64,000 nt of DNA from Opitutales bacterium (GTDB lineage: Bacteria; Verrucomicrobiota; Verrucomicrobiia; Opitutales; UBA2987), in NCBI GenBank assembly GCA_965226885.1, contig CBDDEL010000011.1, forward strand, positions 160,001 to 224,000. Direction: 5' to 3'. Both the position numbers and the translations under genes were made by a program. Numbering within the stretch: position 1 is the stretch's first letter; each line of letters begins with the position of its first letter. This document shows positions 1 to 10,222 of this stretch, in pieces. The notes under the pieces are model-generated. The model had not been told where the DNA came from and ran no database searches. It worked only from the letters and a program-made list of their open reading frames with translations.

Positions 1-712
1 TATCGGGAATGCGGCGTCGCAGCAGCAGATTAAAATGTTTTTTTATTAATGCCGCCTCCGGGCTTTTCCCTTTGCCTTTCAGCTTGAGTTGGGTAATCAG
101 GCAATCCTGCAAGTCCGTGCTGCCAATGCCTGCCGGATCGAGGTTTTTAAGCAGCTTGTGCGCTTCCTGCACAGTTTTCAGGGGCAATTGCGACATCAAT
201 GCGATATCGGAAAGGCTAGAGGTGAGGAAACCCCGGTTATCGAGACTTCCGATCAGGTATTCTATGGCTTTAATGATTTTTGGATTCGAATCAGCCAATT
301 CAGCCTGTCGCATAAGATGCTCTTGCAAAGAGGTTTCGCTGGTCAGAGAATCGAAGAAGTATTGCCGTCGATCGGCGGCTTCACGAGAGTAGCTGGCATT
401 TCCATTTTCCAGCTCATAGTTTTCCTTCGAAACCTCGTCGATTTGGGCCAGCACCTTGAAATCGTCACCGAATTCAAGTTCCTTTCTACGGTCTTCTTTC
501 GCCGAGTCATCTTGGCCGTTCCTCTTTTCTTCGCCGCTTGCATCGGCCATGGGAAGTTCTTCCAAAGCCGGATTGGTTTGCAGTTCTTCCAGGATGGTAT
601 TTCGCAGTTCCAGGGCCGGTACCTGCAGAATTTTTAAGGATTGCCGAAGCTGCGGCGCCAGCACGAGCGTCTGGGTTTGCTTTTGAACTTGCTGCAATCC
701 TTGGAAAATCAT
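1..712 (-). CDS. rpoN: RNA polymerase sigma-54 factor, 5' part (runs off window)
   Basis: Not in ORF track. Hand translation from ATG at 712: MIFQGLQQVQKQTQTLVLAPQLRQSLKILQVPALELRNTILEELQTNPALEE, the Gln/Leu-rich Region I of sigma-54. Confidence 0.9.
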   Translation of the reverse strand, partial: MIFQGLQQVQKQTQTLVLAPQLRQSLKILQVPALELRNTILEELQTNPALEELPMADASGEEKRNGQDDSAKEDRRKELEFGDDFKVLAQIDEVSKENYELENGNASYSREAADRRQYFFDSLTSETSLQEHLMRQAELADSNPKIIKAIEYLIGSLDNRGFLTSSLSDIALMSQLPLKTVQEAHKLLKNLDPAGIGSTDLQDCLITQLKLKGKGKSPEAALIKKHFNLLLRRRIPD

Positions 713-739
713 GACATAAACTTGGTAAATCTAACCGGT

Positions 740-1729
740 TTAAAATCCGGATGTTGAAGACCTTTTGGCAGGTTCGTGAGTCTGCAAATAAGCGGGACCA
801 TCGGCGAAAAGCCCACTTAAATAGTTGGCCAGTTTTTCATTGGTCGGCCCGTAGCCGTCGCTATAGAGGTACATTTCTAAAGCCGTCAGCATTTCCTCTC
901 CCGTTTGATAGCGGGCATCCCGGTCGCGCTGCAAGGCCTTGTGCAAAATTTCATTCAATTTCTCATCAATCCCCGGTCGAAATGTCGTGAAATCGGGAAT
1001 GGGCATTTCAAGAATATTGCGACGCGTTGCGGGCGGGTTATCAGCTTCAAACAGATTTTCGTCTAATAAAAGCTCCGCCATCACGATGCCGCTGGCAAAA
1101 AGATCGGCTCGCGCATCGGTAACTTCCCGGCGGGCCTGTTCGGGGGAGAGGTATTCGTCCTTTCCGGCAATCACCTCTCCCTCTTCATTATACATCAGGT
1201 CGAAGGCTTTGGCGATGCCGAAATCGGTCAGTTTAACATCTCCTTCATTAGCTAGCATGATGTTTTTTGGGTTCACATCCCGGTGAACGATGTTCAGCAG
1301 CCGTCTTTGTTTATCTTCGGCAGCATGGGCATAAGCTAAGCCCCTGATTATCCGTGAAACGATAAAAACTGCTATATCCACAGGTATGCGGCGTCCTAAA
1401 CAGCGATGCTGGCAGGTAAATTCCTCCAAATTATAACCGCTGACGTATTCCATGACCATGAAATACTGCCCCGAAATCTCTGCCAGGTGGTAGGTCTGCA
1501 CGATGTTCGTATGGATGAGGTCCGCCACCAGTTTGGCCTCTCCCACGAAATTATCGCGAAATTCCTTAATGGCGGAAAATTCCTCTCGTATCAACTTGAT
1601 GGCTACAGTCTTGCAGAATTTGTCCACCCCCAGTTGGGTCGCCTCATAAACCACTCCCATGCCCCCTTCTGCAATCTTGCGCACAAGCTCATAATGGAAT
1701 TCACTGTATAGATGTTTAAGAGGTCCCAC
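740..1729 (-). CDS. Hanks-type Ser/Thr protein kinase (catalytic domain only)
   Basis: [25 protein letters not shown] and YLSPE motifs; likely GTG start at 1729 (ORF extends to 1801). Confidence 0.9.
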   Translation of the reverse strand: MGPLKHLYSEFHYELVRKIAEGGMGVVYEATQLGVDKFCKTVAIKLIREEFSAIKEFRDNFVGEAKLVADLIHTNIVQTYHLAEISGQYFMVMEYVSGYNLEEFTCQHRCLGRRIPVDIAVFIVSRIIRGLAYAHAAEDKQRRLLNIVHRDVNPKNIMLANEGDVKLTDFGIAKAFDLMYNEEGEVIAGKDEYLSPEQARREVTDARADLFASGIVMAELLLDENLFEADNPPATRRNILEMPIPDFTTFRPGIDEKLNEILHKALQRDRDARYQTGEEMLTALEMYLYSDGYGPTNEKLANYLSGLFADGPAYLQTHEPAKRSSTSGF

Positions 1730-2018
1730 GTCTATAAGAAATAGAAAAAAAAATGCCCTTGCAAGCGGGAAGAAACATTCTAGCACGAAAAATGCTATCA
1801 AGTTTTGTAGTTATCGGTAATTAGAGGCTGTCCCAAAAGGGTGATTTTTGCGAGGGCTTTTGATAGGCGCTCATTTTAGAGGTATTTGCATTTGGGAGAG
1901 TATCAACTTTGCTCTCCTATGACGTTAGGATACTGGTTTTGGGGTCCGGTTGCCTGGTTTTCTTTGTATGAGCCGACAGTAAGGCTGTGAAAAAGTATTG
2001 TCCTTGCTTTTCCGCTCT

Positions 2019-3500
2019 CTAGGCCGCCGCTTTGGTTTTTAGTTCGTCTTGCTGGGCCAGCATCTTGGCTACTTTCCATAGGTTGTGCGAGAGTACCGAC
2101 CAGGCTACGCTGATCGAGCGGTTGGCAAAGCCTTTGCTGCGCAACCGCCCGGCCTGCCAGCGATTCTTCAATACCCCGATCCGCCCTTCGGTGCTGGCCC
2201 GGCGCTTTTGCAATTGTCTGAACAGTGGTTCCTCCATCCGTTTTTTCAACTGCTTCGGATCGCGTGGACAGAGCGCGTCGTAGATTCCCTCCTGGGCTAA
2301 CTGCCGGCGGGCCCGCTGGGAGGCAAATCCCCGGTCCGCGCACATGGCCGCTATGGGTTCTTCCAGGTTGAAGCGGTTCTGTCTTTGCAAACTCTCTTGC
2401 ATTTGTTCATTTTCGCTTGGAGTTCGGCTGCCGTAGAGTTTCCAGTCCAGCAGGTACCCTTCAACGCTTTCTCCCAAAAACAGGGTGTTGCCGAACTCGA
2501 CCTCTTGGCCCGCTTTACCTCGCACAATCACCTGCCCATCGAGTTCGTAAACACTCAAGACTTTCTCTGCGTTTTTCACCTGGCGGCCGCCAATGATCCG
2601 CTCGTGCGCCTGTTTGATGACCACCGGGATTTGCTCGCTCATGCGCTCCATCCGGGCGAGGATCTGTTGGACCTGTTTTTCGCTGTAATCGCTTTGCTCC
2701 CAGCAGGCTTGCAATAATTCCCGGTGACTGCGGGCATGCTCCCCGATCCGTTTGAGCAGCTTTTTCATCTGCCTCAAGATACCCTTGCGCTGCCGCGCGC
2801 TGTCCTTTCGCCGCCGGCTGTGGGTCATCTGTATGCACAGCCGATTCATCTGCCGAGCCAAGGGCTCCGGTTCGATCGGCATGCGATGGCGCAAACCGGC
2901 CTTCTCGCGGATCAGCCGGATCGCTTTGAGCAACGTGCCGGCTACATCCTTGAGTAATACCCAGTCCGTCGGCCAATGAATGTTAGCCTCCAAACAGGTG
3001 CCGTCGATCAGGCAAATGGTGGTGTCAATCGGCTTGTCCAATCCCACCTGCCGGGCCAGAAGGGCATCGCCCACCACCTCAGTCAAGGTCCGGTGCAAGG
3101 CCCTCAACTGCTCTTCGCTGAAAAACTTCGAGGCCCGCTCCAGGGTGCTTTTGGAGATGCCCCTGATGCCATCGATCTGCCGGACACGGCAAAAGTCGGC
3201 CAACAGATCGCTGCTGCCCAGAGCCCGCGACAAATGCCGAAACGAAATCCCTCCGAGCAGACGGCCCAGCGTATCCATGCGCAGTGCCTTGATGGCAAAA
3301 CTGGCCCGCTGCCGCCGGGCCTTTAGACCCATTGGCGGCCACCCCTCCAAGGCCAGCTCAATGGCCTGCGATTCCACCTCCGAGTCGATCAGCAGCCGAT
3401 CGATTCGATCAATGGTGGCGCGGAAGTTATCGTAATCGAGGCACCGGTCGACCACAGTTAAAGCTGGACGCAGGAGGCATTGGATGGCTATATTTTTCAT
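2019..3500 (-). CDS. DDE transposase (IS5/ISNCY-like), 493 aa
   Basis: IDGTCLEANIHWPTD, RGKAGQEVEFG, ADRGF and RRASTEGRIG motifs; native ATG at 3500 by comparison with 54044-55525. Confidence 0.9.
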   Translation of the reverse strand: MKNIAIQCLLRPALTVVDRCLDYDNFRATIDRIDRLLIDSEVESQAIELALEGWPPMGLKARRQRASFAIKALRMDTLGRLLGGISFRHLSRALGSSDLLADFCRVRQIDGIRGISKSTLERASKFFSEEQLRALHRTLTEVVGDALLARQVGLDKPIDTTICLIDGTCLEANIHWPTDWVLLKDVAGTLLKAIRLIREKAGLRHRMPIEPEPLARQMNRLCIQMTHSRRRKDSARQRKGILRQMKKLLKRIGEHARSHRELLQACWEQSDYSEKQVQQILARMERMSEQIPVVIKQAHERIIGGRQVKNAEKVLSVYELDGQVIVRGKAGQEVEFGNTLFLGESVEGYLLDWKLYGSRTPSENEQMQESLQRQNRFNLEEPIAAMCADRGFASQRARRQLAQEGIYDALCPRDPKQLKKRMEEPLFRQLQKRRASTEGRIGVLKNRWQAGRLRSKGFANRSISVAWSVLSHNLWKVAKMLAQQDELKTKAAA

Positions 3501-3718
3501 AGAAAGGGCTATAGGCGGATCCTCCAGCAGTTGGTCTTCGAGCCCCTGCCGGAACTCTCCGTCCCAGGCATTTTCTCCGGGCAGGCACTTGATCCGCTCC
3601 ACCAAAAACTCCCCGCCCTGCGCGCGAGATCAAGCATGAGTTCAGGCCCCACCTGACTCTTCATCGCTCCGCGTCGAGTCCGTATGACGTTTCTCGTCTT
3701 CTATATTCGGTGTCACAA

Positions 3719-3988
3719 CTAACTGCGGCGTGATGCTTTAGATAACACAACAGAATTTTCGATGGGTTTCGTTTCCCATGGCCCGTTTCTCGAACTGCCT
3801 TTCGACCCGCTCACTCCTCCTTCGTCGAGCCGCCCCGCCCAATACGAACCGTCCCGGACTGTCGCAAAGATAAACGGCCACCTGGGCCACCTGATGAGCA
3901 CTCGTCCCCTGGCTACCAACAATAGGCCATGAAGGCGATGCTCGTAGGAAGATTGCTCGCTTCGACGGATTTCACCTTGCAAGACCAA
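3719..3988 (-). pseudogene. IS630-like transposase N-terminal HTH remnant
   Basis: VLQGEIRRSEQSSYEHRLHGLLLVARG resembles IS630 orfA N-termini; degenerate, no DDE part. Confidence 0.5.
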
Positions 3989-3989
3989 G

Positions 3990-4238
3990 CTAGGGGCGCG
4001 CCACGGGCAGCCATCCCTGCACCGGCGTGCCCAACCGGATAGCGCCCCGCGTCTTCAGCGATGCGGCTTGCGATACGGTTGGCGGCGGCCTTGAGGGAAC
4101 CGTAGGCGAGGTGGGTGTAGCGGCGGCGGTCTGCACCTTGTTGTGCCGGAGCAGGTTTCCAATCATGGGCAGCGCCTCGCCGACCGGAAACCCGTTTCTG
4201 GCATAGCTATGTCCAAAAGGTCGTAAATGCGCTACCAA
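3990..4238 (-). pseudogene. Tyrosine recombinase C-terminal remnant
   Basis: HSYA...GEALPMIGNLLRHNKVQT resembles the HxxRH...LGH box; frameshifted afterwards. Confidence 0.65.
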
Positions 4239-4326
4239 AGCTCACGAAAAGAGGCGTGCCGCGCTTGAAGTCGGGCATCACCCGGGGGGGTTGCCTTCCT
4301 AAAGTGCGCCGCGGCGCTGAAGCTCT

Positions 4327-6852
4327 TCAAAAACTGTAGCCGAGCTTTCCGTACCAGAAGGCGCCATCAAACCCAAAGGGGCAGAACTGGCCGTATTTGT
4401 TGCCAGTAGTCGCGGCGGACTTCGGATTTTCGTCAGGGTAATTGTTGAAGACGTTCTGAGCGCCCGCCGTTAAGGTGATTCGATCCGTAAGGGAGTAGTT
4501 GACTTCGAAATCAACGAGGAATTCGTCTCCGTAGGTTTGACTATCCTCGGAATCATGCCAGGAACTATAGTAACGGCCGCGGCCCAGCAGATTCCAGCGA
4601 TCCAGCATGGGCTGCGTCAGGGTTATGGTTGCCCGATGCCTGGGAAGACCCTCCTGTAATTCCCGGATGCGGACGTCGTTTATCGTCTCGGGGCTGAACT
4701 GGGTGACTTCCGTATTCGTGTAGTTATAACCGAGGCTCAGTTCACCCTCCCGCACTCCGGTCGACAGAACGACGTCGATGCCGCGGGTTTCCGTGTCAAA
4801 GTCATTGATGAAAAAGACGTACTCCACCAGATTGTAGGCGTCGGTGATGCCCGTAGCGAACAATTGATCGCGCTCTGCATCCGTAAACTCGAAGTCCTGT
4901 GAGAGCGACATGCGGTTCTTCACGTCGATGCCGAAATAATCGACCGTGATTACCGTATTGCCCATATCGACAACGAAGCCGATACTGAAGTTGGTCGATT
5001 TTTCAGGCGTGAGCGCCTCGCCGCCCCTCCCCATCGCAACGGGATTGGTGGGAGGAATCACGGCCCTGGTGATTAGTTCCATTCGGTCCGCTTGAAATTC
5101 AGTGGTTACGTTGAAAGCGTTTTGCTGACCGGGAGTGGGGGCCCGGAAACCGGTGTTGAAGCTCCCGCGCACCTTCAGATTCTCGTTGATGCCGTAGGTG
5201 GTCGCCAGCTTATAGTTGATTGTGCCTCCGAAATCATTGAATTCTTCATAGCGCAAAGCGGCGGCAACCAACCAGTCGTCGGTCAGCTCGTATTCCGCGT
5301 CCACGTAGACGGCATAGTTGGAGCGGTCCCATATACCGGCGGCGCTATCACCGAAACCCGAGAAACCGTTGGAAGCACCCCTGAATCCCTGCTGATGCAG
5401 AGCCTGGCCGATCGCATATGACTCGGGTTGCCCCCTCACGATTTCAAACTCCTCGACACGGTATTCGAAGCCACTGGCGAGGAACAACTGCTCGCTTAGC
5501 GGATAGGTCACGCCAAAGTTGAGGTTGATTTCGGTCTGAATATAATCACCGGGATCGAAATAAGTCGGAGTATCGGGGCCGAGAGAGGCGTTGACGGTAT
5601 TAAAGATAAAGAAATCAGTGTGATGACGCCCGTAAGCAGCGCTGAAATCCAAGCCGAGTTTCGATCCGGTTGTTCTCACCCCGGCGACAATGGATTGGTC
5701 CTTCGCGTACCCGCCAAAGCGGGGCGTGAAACCGCCGGGGAAGAGTTCCTGAAAGGTGAACAGATTGGGATCGTCGAACACCTGTTGCAAAGCGACGGGG
5801 TCCGGCACATGGTTAGTTATCGTTACCACAGGGACCTTGGACTCATCGCCATCCAAAGCGCCCACCAGCAACGTTTTTCCGGCGTCATTACTGAATACGC
5901 CGCGTCGCGTATTGGGATTGCGGTAATAGAACCCGCCCTCCACTTCCTTGCTCGCGTAGTTGGCATGACCGTAGAACTCGAGGTTCCCGCCTATGGCGGC
6001 GCCGTAATTGGCAAACAATTTGAGATCGTCCCGAACGAAGGGTTGACCCCAGATTTGAGCGGGATTCGCCACCTCGCTGTTTCCCACCGCGATCAGAGCA
6101 GCGGCGTCATCTCGCTGCACGGAGCGGATGGTCTCGCCAGAGTTGCCGTACTCCCCGCTGAGATTGATCCAGGCCTTTTCGCTGCCCAAGCCGATATTGC
6201 CGGCGATGGAAACTGCTTCGCCGCCACCGTCCTGGTAAATCCCCGTTCGAACGATGAGAGACCCTCCTTCGTAACTGTCGTTGAGCTCGAAGTTCAACAC
6301 CCCCGCAATGGCATCGGAACCGTACTGCGCCGAAGCTCCGTCGCGCAGCACTTCAATCCGTTTCAGAGCGAGCGCGGGAATGGGGGCTACATCGGGCCCC
6401 TGTGCGCCATCGGCGACGCCGTTGCCCAACCAGTGAATCACGGACGCGCGGTGGCGGCGCTTGCCGTTGATGAGCACCAGCGTATGGTCCGGCGGCAGCC
6501 CGCGTATATTGAGCGGCCGAACGATCGTCGAGGAGTCGCTGATCGGCTGGGTATTGACGTTGTAAGAGGGGATGACGTTCCTCAATAGATCCTGTAAATC
6601 AGTGAAGCCTTGCATGGTGAGGGATTCGCCGGCGAATGTATCGACGGGCACCGCTGAATCAACCACCGAACGCGGCTCCGCCCGCGAACCGATGATGACC
6701 AGTTCTTCGAGGACCTGCAGATTCTCGGAGTCGTCCCGGGGCTCGGACGGGGCTGGGGTCGAGTGAACGCTTTCGGGCTGCAGCACCTCCTGCGCGAAGG
6801 CATTTAAAGGAAGCAATGCAAGTATGGTAAGAGTAATTGTAGAAAGTCTCAT
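4327..6852 (-). CDS. TonB-dependent outer-membrane receptor, 841 aa
   Basis: Signal peptide MRLSTITLTILALLPLNAFA, TonB box EELVIIGSR, plug motifs IRGL/LVLINGKR/RIEVLRDGASAQYGSDAIAGVLNF, C-terminal YSF. Confidence 0.95.
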   Translation of the reverse strand: MRLSTITLTILALLPLNAFAQEVLQPESVHSTPAPSEPRDDSENLQVLEELVIIGSRAEPRSVVDSAVPVDTFAGESLTMQGFTDLQDLLRNVIPSYNVNTQPISDSSTIVRPLNIRGLPPDHTLVLINGKRRHRASVIHWLGNGVADGAQGPDVAPIPALALKRIEVLRDGASAQYGSDAIAGVLNFELNDSYEGGSLIVRTGIYQDGGGEAVSIAGNIGLGSEKAWINLSGEYGNSGETIRSVQRDDAAALIAVGNSEVANPAQIWGQPFVRDDLKLFANYGAAIGGNLEFYGHANYASKEVEGGFYYRNPNTRRGVFSNDAGKTLLVGALDGDESKVPVVTITNHVPDPVALQQVFDDPNLFTFQELFPGGFTPRFGGYAKDQSIVAGVRTTGSKLGLDFSAAYGRHHTDFFIFNTVNASLGPDTPTYFDPGDYIQTEINLNFGVTYPLSEQLFLASGFEYRVEEFEIVRGQPESYAIGQALHQQGFRGASNGFSGFGDSAAGIWDRSNYAVYVDAEYELTDDWLVAAALRYEEFNDFGGTINYKLATTYGINENLKVRGSFNTGFRAPTPGQQNAFNVTTEFQADRMELITRAVIPPTNPVAMGRGGEALTPEKSTNFSIGFVVDMGNTVITVDYFGIDVKNRMSLSQDFEFTDAERDQLFATGITDAYNLVEYVFFINDFDTETRGIDVVLSTGVREGELSLGYNYTNTEVTQFSPETINDVRIRELQEGLPRHRATITLTQPMLDRWNLLGRGRYYSSWHDSEDSQTYGDEFLVDFEVNYSLTDRITLTAGAQNVFNNYPDENPKSAATTGNKYGQFCPFGFDGAFWYGKLGYSF

Positions 6853-6933
6853 TGGTATCTGAATATGACCATTACACCACTCAACCAACTCGAGGTCAAG
6901 TCCGGATTCTACTGCCAGGGTAGAAAGATTCTA

Positions 6934-7277
6934 GGTTCCTCGACGTTTTCAGTGGTACATTGCGGAGGGGATGTTGAGTTTACCGACGGCGAAGTGGAGC
7001 ATGGTGATTAGCTTCTTTAGTGGTGTGATGGCCTCTGGCTTTGCGTTTGGTTGCGCTAAAGACACTGTTGAGTTCTTCAATGCAGGTATTGGTGAAGTGC
7101 GATTCCCAGTGGGCGAGGGTTTCCTCTTGGTGATTTTCGATTATGTTGGCCCATGGGTTTAAGGAAGCCTCGCCATGATGCTTACACATTGCGGTAATAA
7201 CGTTCGAAATAGGTACTCAGGTTGCGTCTTCTCAGTAAAGGATATTGTGCCAGTACCACTGAAAACGTCGAGGAACC
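6934..7277 (-). mobile_element. 344-bp non-autonomous ISL3-derived element (MITE-like)
   Basis: Perfect 25-bp IRs GGTTCCTCGACGTTTTCAGTGGTAC, 8-bp TSD AGATTCTA (6926-6933, 7278-7285), internal ISL3 C-terminal remnant TNTCIEELNSVFSATKRKARG. Confidence 0.85.
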
Positions 7278-7380
7278 AGATTCTAAGACGCAACTAGCTG
7301 ATAAGCAGCTGATAAGCAAAAAGATAAAAAAAGAGCTAGACAATCCCGAATAAATCAGTCATGTTAAGATGGTATGAAAG

Positions 7381-9080
7381 CCGAGATTTCCCATATGAAC
7401 ATTCGTAATCGTTGAAAATAGCTACTTTCTAATATTTCGATCCAATTTTCTGCTTTCAATGTGATTTTGCAATCCTTTCCTTGGTTATTTGATGATCAAA
7501 TCGGCAGTATTTAACAATTATTGCTGATTTTCCCTTTGCTTGGTCAAATCAGGGAAAGATATTTCCTTCTGTTGGAGGTTTCCACAGCACTGATTCCCAC
7601 AGCACTGATTCCTTTTGTATCGAAAAATCTTCTTACTCACCCCGTATCAGGTGCGAGTCGCAGTCGCTCTACTCGCTTGAGCATGGTTCGAAACATTTCT
7701 CTTGGGATGGCCACCTCAGCCATCTGGAAAGTGATATACTTGGCATGGTGGATCACCTTTGCTCCGATTTTGATGAGTTTCTCCCGCAAAGAGCTCAGCA
7801 TCTAGTGCTTCACCTTGCCAGGAAGAATCAACCGGCGCATGAAGTTGCCCAGATTGTAGGCTAAGCCGAAGAGCTGAAGCCGAACGGCATTGTCCTCAAA
7901 GTCATGGCAGGACAAGCGGGTCCAGTGGATGGCATGTTTGCCCTCTTTGATCCACTGCTCTGCGGTGCCCCGGTGGTTGTAAAATTTCACTACCTTCCTG
8001 GGTGGCCAGTTCAGATTTGTCACGATGAAACCGACCCGCGCAAATAACTCTCCGGCCTGCCACTCGACCTTGGCCACCACCCGGCGAGGTCTCTGCCAAC
8101 TAGCGGCTTGATACGGAAAACTGGCATAAAACACCTTGGGTGCCCACGAGGGTCGCCCCACTGGCCGAGTGAGTAAAGGGGCGATATGTTTTTGTAAAAT
8201 CGTGTTGCTCTGCAGCCGAATGGCATAGGAGAAGTTCTCTTGCTCAAGGTAACCGTAGAGGTCCGGATTGGCGAAGGCTGCGTCACCTCGGAAAAATCGT
8301 TTCAGGGGACAGTCACGATAGCGGGCAACGACCGGTTGGAGCACCGACAACCAATCGTCGGCACTGTGCACATTGCCTTTACGCAGGTTGGCCCGTTCCA
8401 GATCACCAAACTGGTTGAAGCAGAACAGGGGATGGTAACAGGTGCAGCCGAAATGACCGTTGAAGGCTGAGCCTTCCTGCTTCCCGTAAGTAGGGCTCTC
8501 CGAACTATCCATATCGAGAATCAATTTTTTCATCCCCACTCGCCTATTCACCTGGTCGATCCATTGACCACTCATGTCCATCAGTGCGCTCAGATTCGCA
8601 GGCTTGGTTAACATCTGTGTTTCAAAGCGGCTCATTTCACTGGGCGAAGCCGCCGGTTGCCAATCGGCACGACCCCCGACAATCTGCCTCATGACCGGAT
8701 CAAAGCGCAGGCGCTCCGCATCGTTCGTATCTTTGTATCCTGCCAGGCGACTAAAGACAGACTGCCGAAGCAGAGCCGTTCTGCCGTGCTGGATATTTTT
8801 GCCCGTGCGCTCCTCCACCACATTTTTGCTTCCTATTGCAGTCAGCCCGAAAGCCTCATCGAGTTCCCGGTAGAGTAACAATCCTGCATCACTGGTAACC
8901 TTCGCACCGTGGAACTCCAACTTGATTCGGCGGTTGAATTGAACCCGAAAACTGCTCTTTTTTGCGTCACCCATTGGATTTTAAGAATTTGCTCGTTATA
9001 AGTATATTTAAGTAACTTATTATTAAACACATAGCGCTTATTTCAAGCTAATTTTCTTATGATGAAATGGGAAATATGGG
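7381..9080 (-). mobile_element. IS1380-family element A (1700 bp)
   Basis: Imperfect IRs CCGAGATTTCCCAT / CCCATATTTCCCAT around an IS1380 transposase; no TSD at the native 7381 end. Confidence 0.85.
7637..8974 (-). pseudogene. IS1380 transposase with one premature TAG (7802-7804)
   Basis: VTSDAGLLL, LDMDSS, RGDAAF and YNHRGTAEQWIKEGK motifs; frame continues past the stop as MLSSLREKLIKIGAKV to TGA at 7637. Confidence 0.85.
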
Positions 9081-9212
9081 CTATATTGATTTTCGCTAAC
9101 TCAATTATAGAACCCTTTTTTGGCCGGATCGAGCAAAAACTTGCTCTTTCCGGCTCTTTTTATCAACGTCATCCAGTTGACTATAAAATCTTTATATTTT
9201 TGGGACAGCCTC

Positions 9213-10039
9213 TAACTAACTTCGTTGCGGTCGCACCAAGAGAGTATCCGGTCTCGACAAAATCCACTGTCGGCGCGCCAAATAATCCGCGTACGGGGCC
9301 AGCTTTGGCGAATCCGTTTAACCAGCAATTTGAGGATGGCCCCGGCATGCTTGCTGGCATCGATCTTGCTCGGCCGCAGGTAGGCCACCAGCAGCTGATC
9401 ACCGCAAAAAACATATAGCGGCAGAAAACAGTAATGATCATAATAACCGTGGAAAAAACGTCCCTCCTGGAGCCCGTGCACCGGATTGTCGGTGGCGTCA
9501 AAGTCCAGGATGATCTCTTCGGGTTCCTCGGCAAAGGAGCCCATGAACTGTTCGACCAACAGCTCGTTTACCGCAAAGGCCGCCCGCCGATCCTGCCCGT
9601 TTTCAAAACGACACAAAGTCGGCGCGCTGGCCAACGTTTCAATGCGCCCCGTTACCGTTGGCAACAATGGATCGTGGCGCAGGGTATCAAAGTCGTTCAA
9701 ATCCTCATAGCCCGCCACCAGCCCGTAAACGCGCTGCCGCAGCATCCCCAATACCTCATGGCGTACTTTGCCCTTCTGCCGTTTGTCCACTAACTGTCGG
9801 GCCGCTCGTTCGGTCAAGCCCAACTGCCGATCCACTTCCCGGATCAAAAGCAGTCCGGCATCCGAAGTAACCTCTCCGCCCTTGAAATCAACCCGCACAC
9901 GGCGGCCTTTTACCCTTGTCAACTGTAGCTTTAATTGTTTACCTTTTGTCATCGCTGATATTGCTTTAATTATTGATCTATCCTGCTGTATATCAGCAGT
10001 TAAGCATATCAACGATACTTTTTTTACGAAATATCCGGG
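9213..10039 (-). mobile_element. IS1380-family element B, 3'-truncated
   Basis: IR CCCGGATATTTC at 10039; transposase stops at WCDRNEVS where the IS5-like end abuts. Confidence 0.9.
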
Positions 10040-10222
10040 CTAACCCGGATGTAAACGCCGGGATGAAACCGGTACGGGGGTCGGGGTAAAACCGGTACGC
10101 TTGGAATAAGGTTTAGGTTAGTAATTGCAGGTACGTCAAGGTTTAGGGTTTGGGAGTTGGTTTTGGGGATTGGCTTGGGGTCGGTGAGGAGGCCGGAGGC
10201 CGACGAGCCGGGCCCAAGGCGT

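Larger units (their letters stand above)
3514..9080 (-). mobile_element. IS1380-mediated transposition unit carrying a TonB-dependent receptor
   Basis: Flanked by CTATA at 3509-3513 and 9081-9085 (single copy in intact IS). Right end is the IS1380-A IR; left end GGCGGATCCTCCAG matches the native IR CCGAGATTTCCCAT at 6/14 positions. Confidence 0.75.
1824..9212 (-). mobile_element. IS5/ISNCY-like element copy 1, split into 1824-3513 and 9086-9212 by a 5.57-kb insertion
   Basis: IRs GAGGCTGTCCCAAAA / TTTTGGGACAGCCTC; the two parts sum to 1817 bp and are colinear with the intact copy at 53832-55665. Flanks TAATTA vs TAACTA are not a perfect TSD. Confidence 0.9.

Noticed and set aside
2019..3605. 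528-aa transposase as the native protein
   Set aside because: The extra 35 codons come largely from inserted DNA; the intact copy encodes 493 aa.
3990..4238. Active integrase or prophage boundary
   Set aside because: Only a degenerate C-terminal scrap, with no att site, tRNA or phage genes.
7802..7804. Stop-codon recoding (in-frame TAG/TGA at likely Trp positions)
   Set aside because: TAG and TGA terminate many intact genes in this window; simple nonsense mutations explain these cases.
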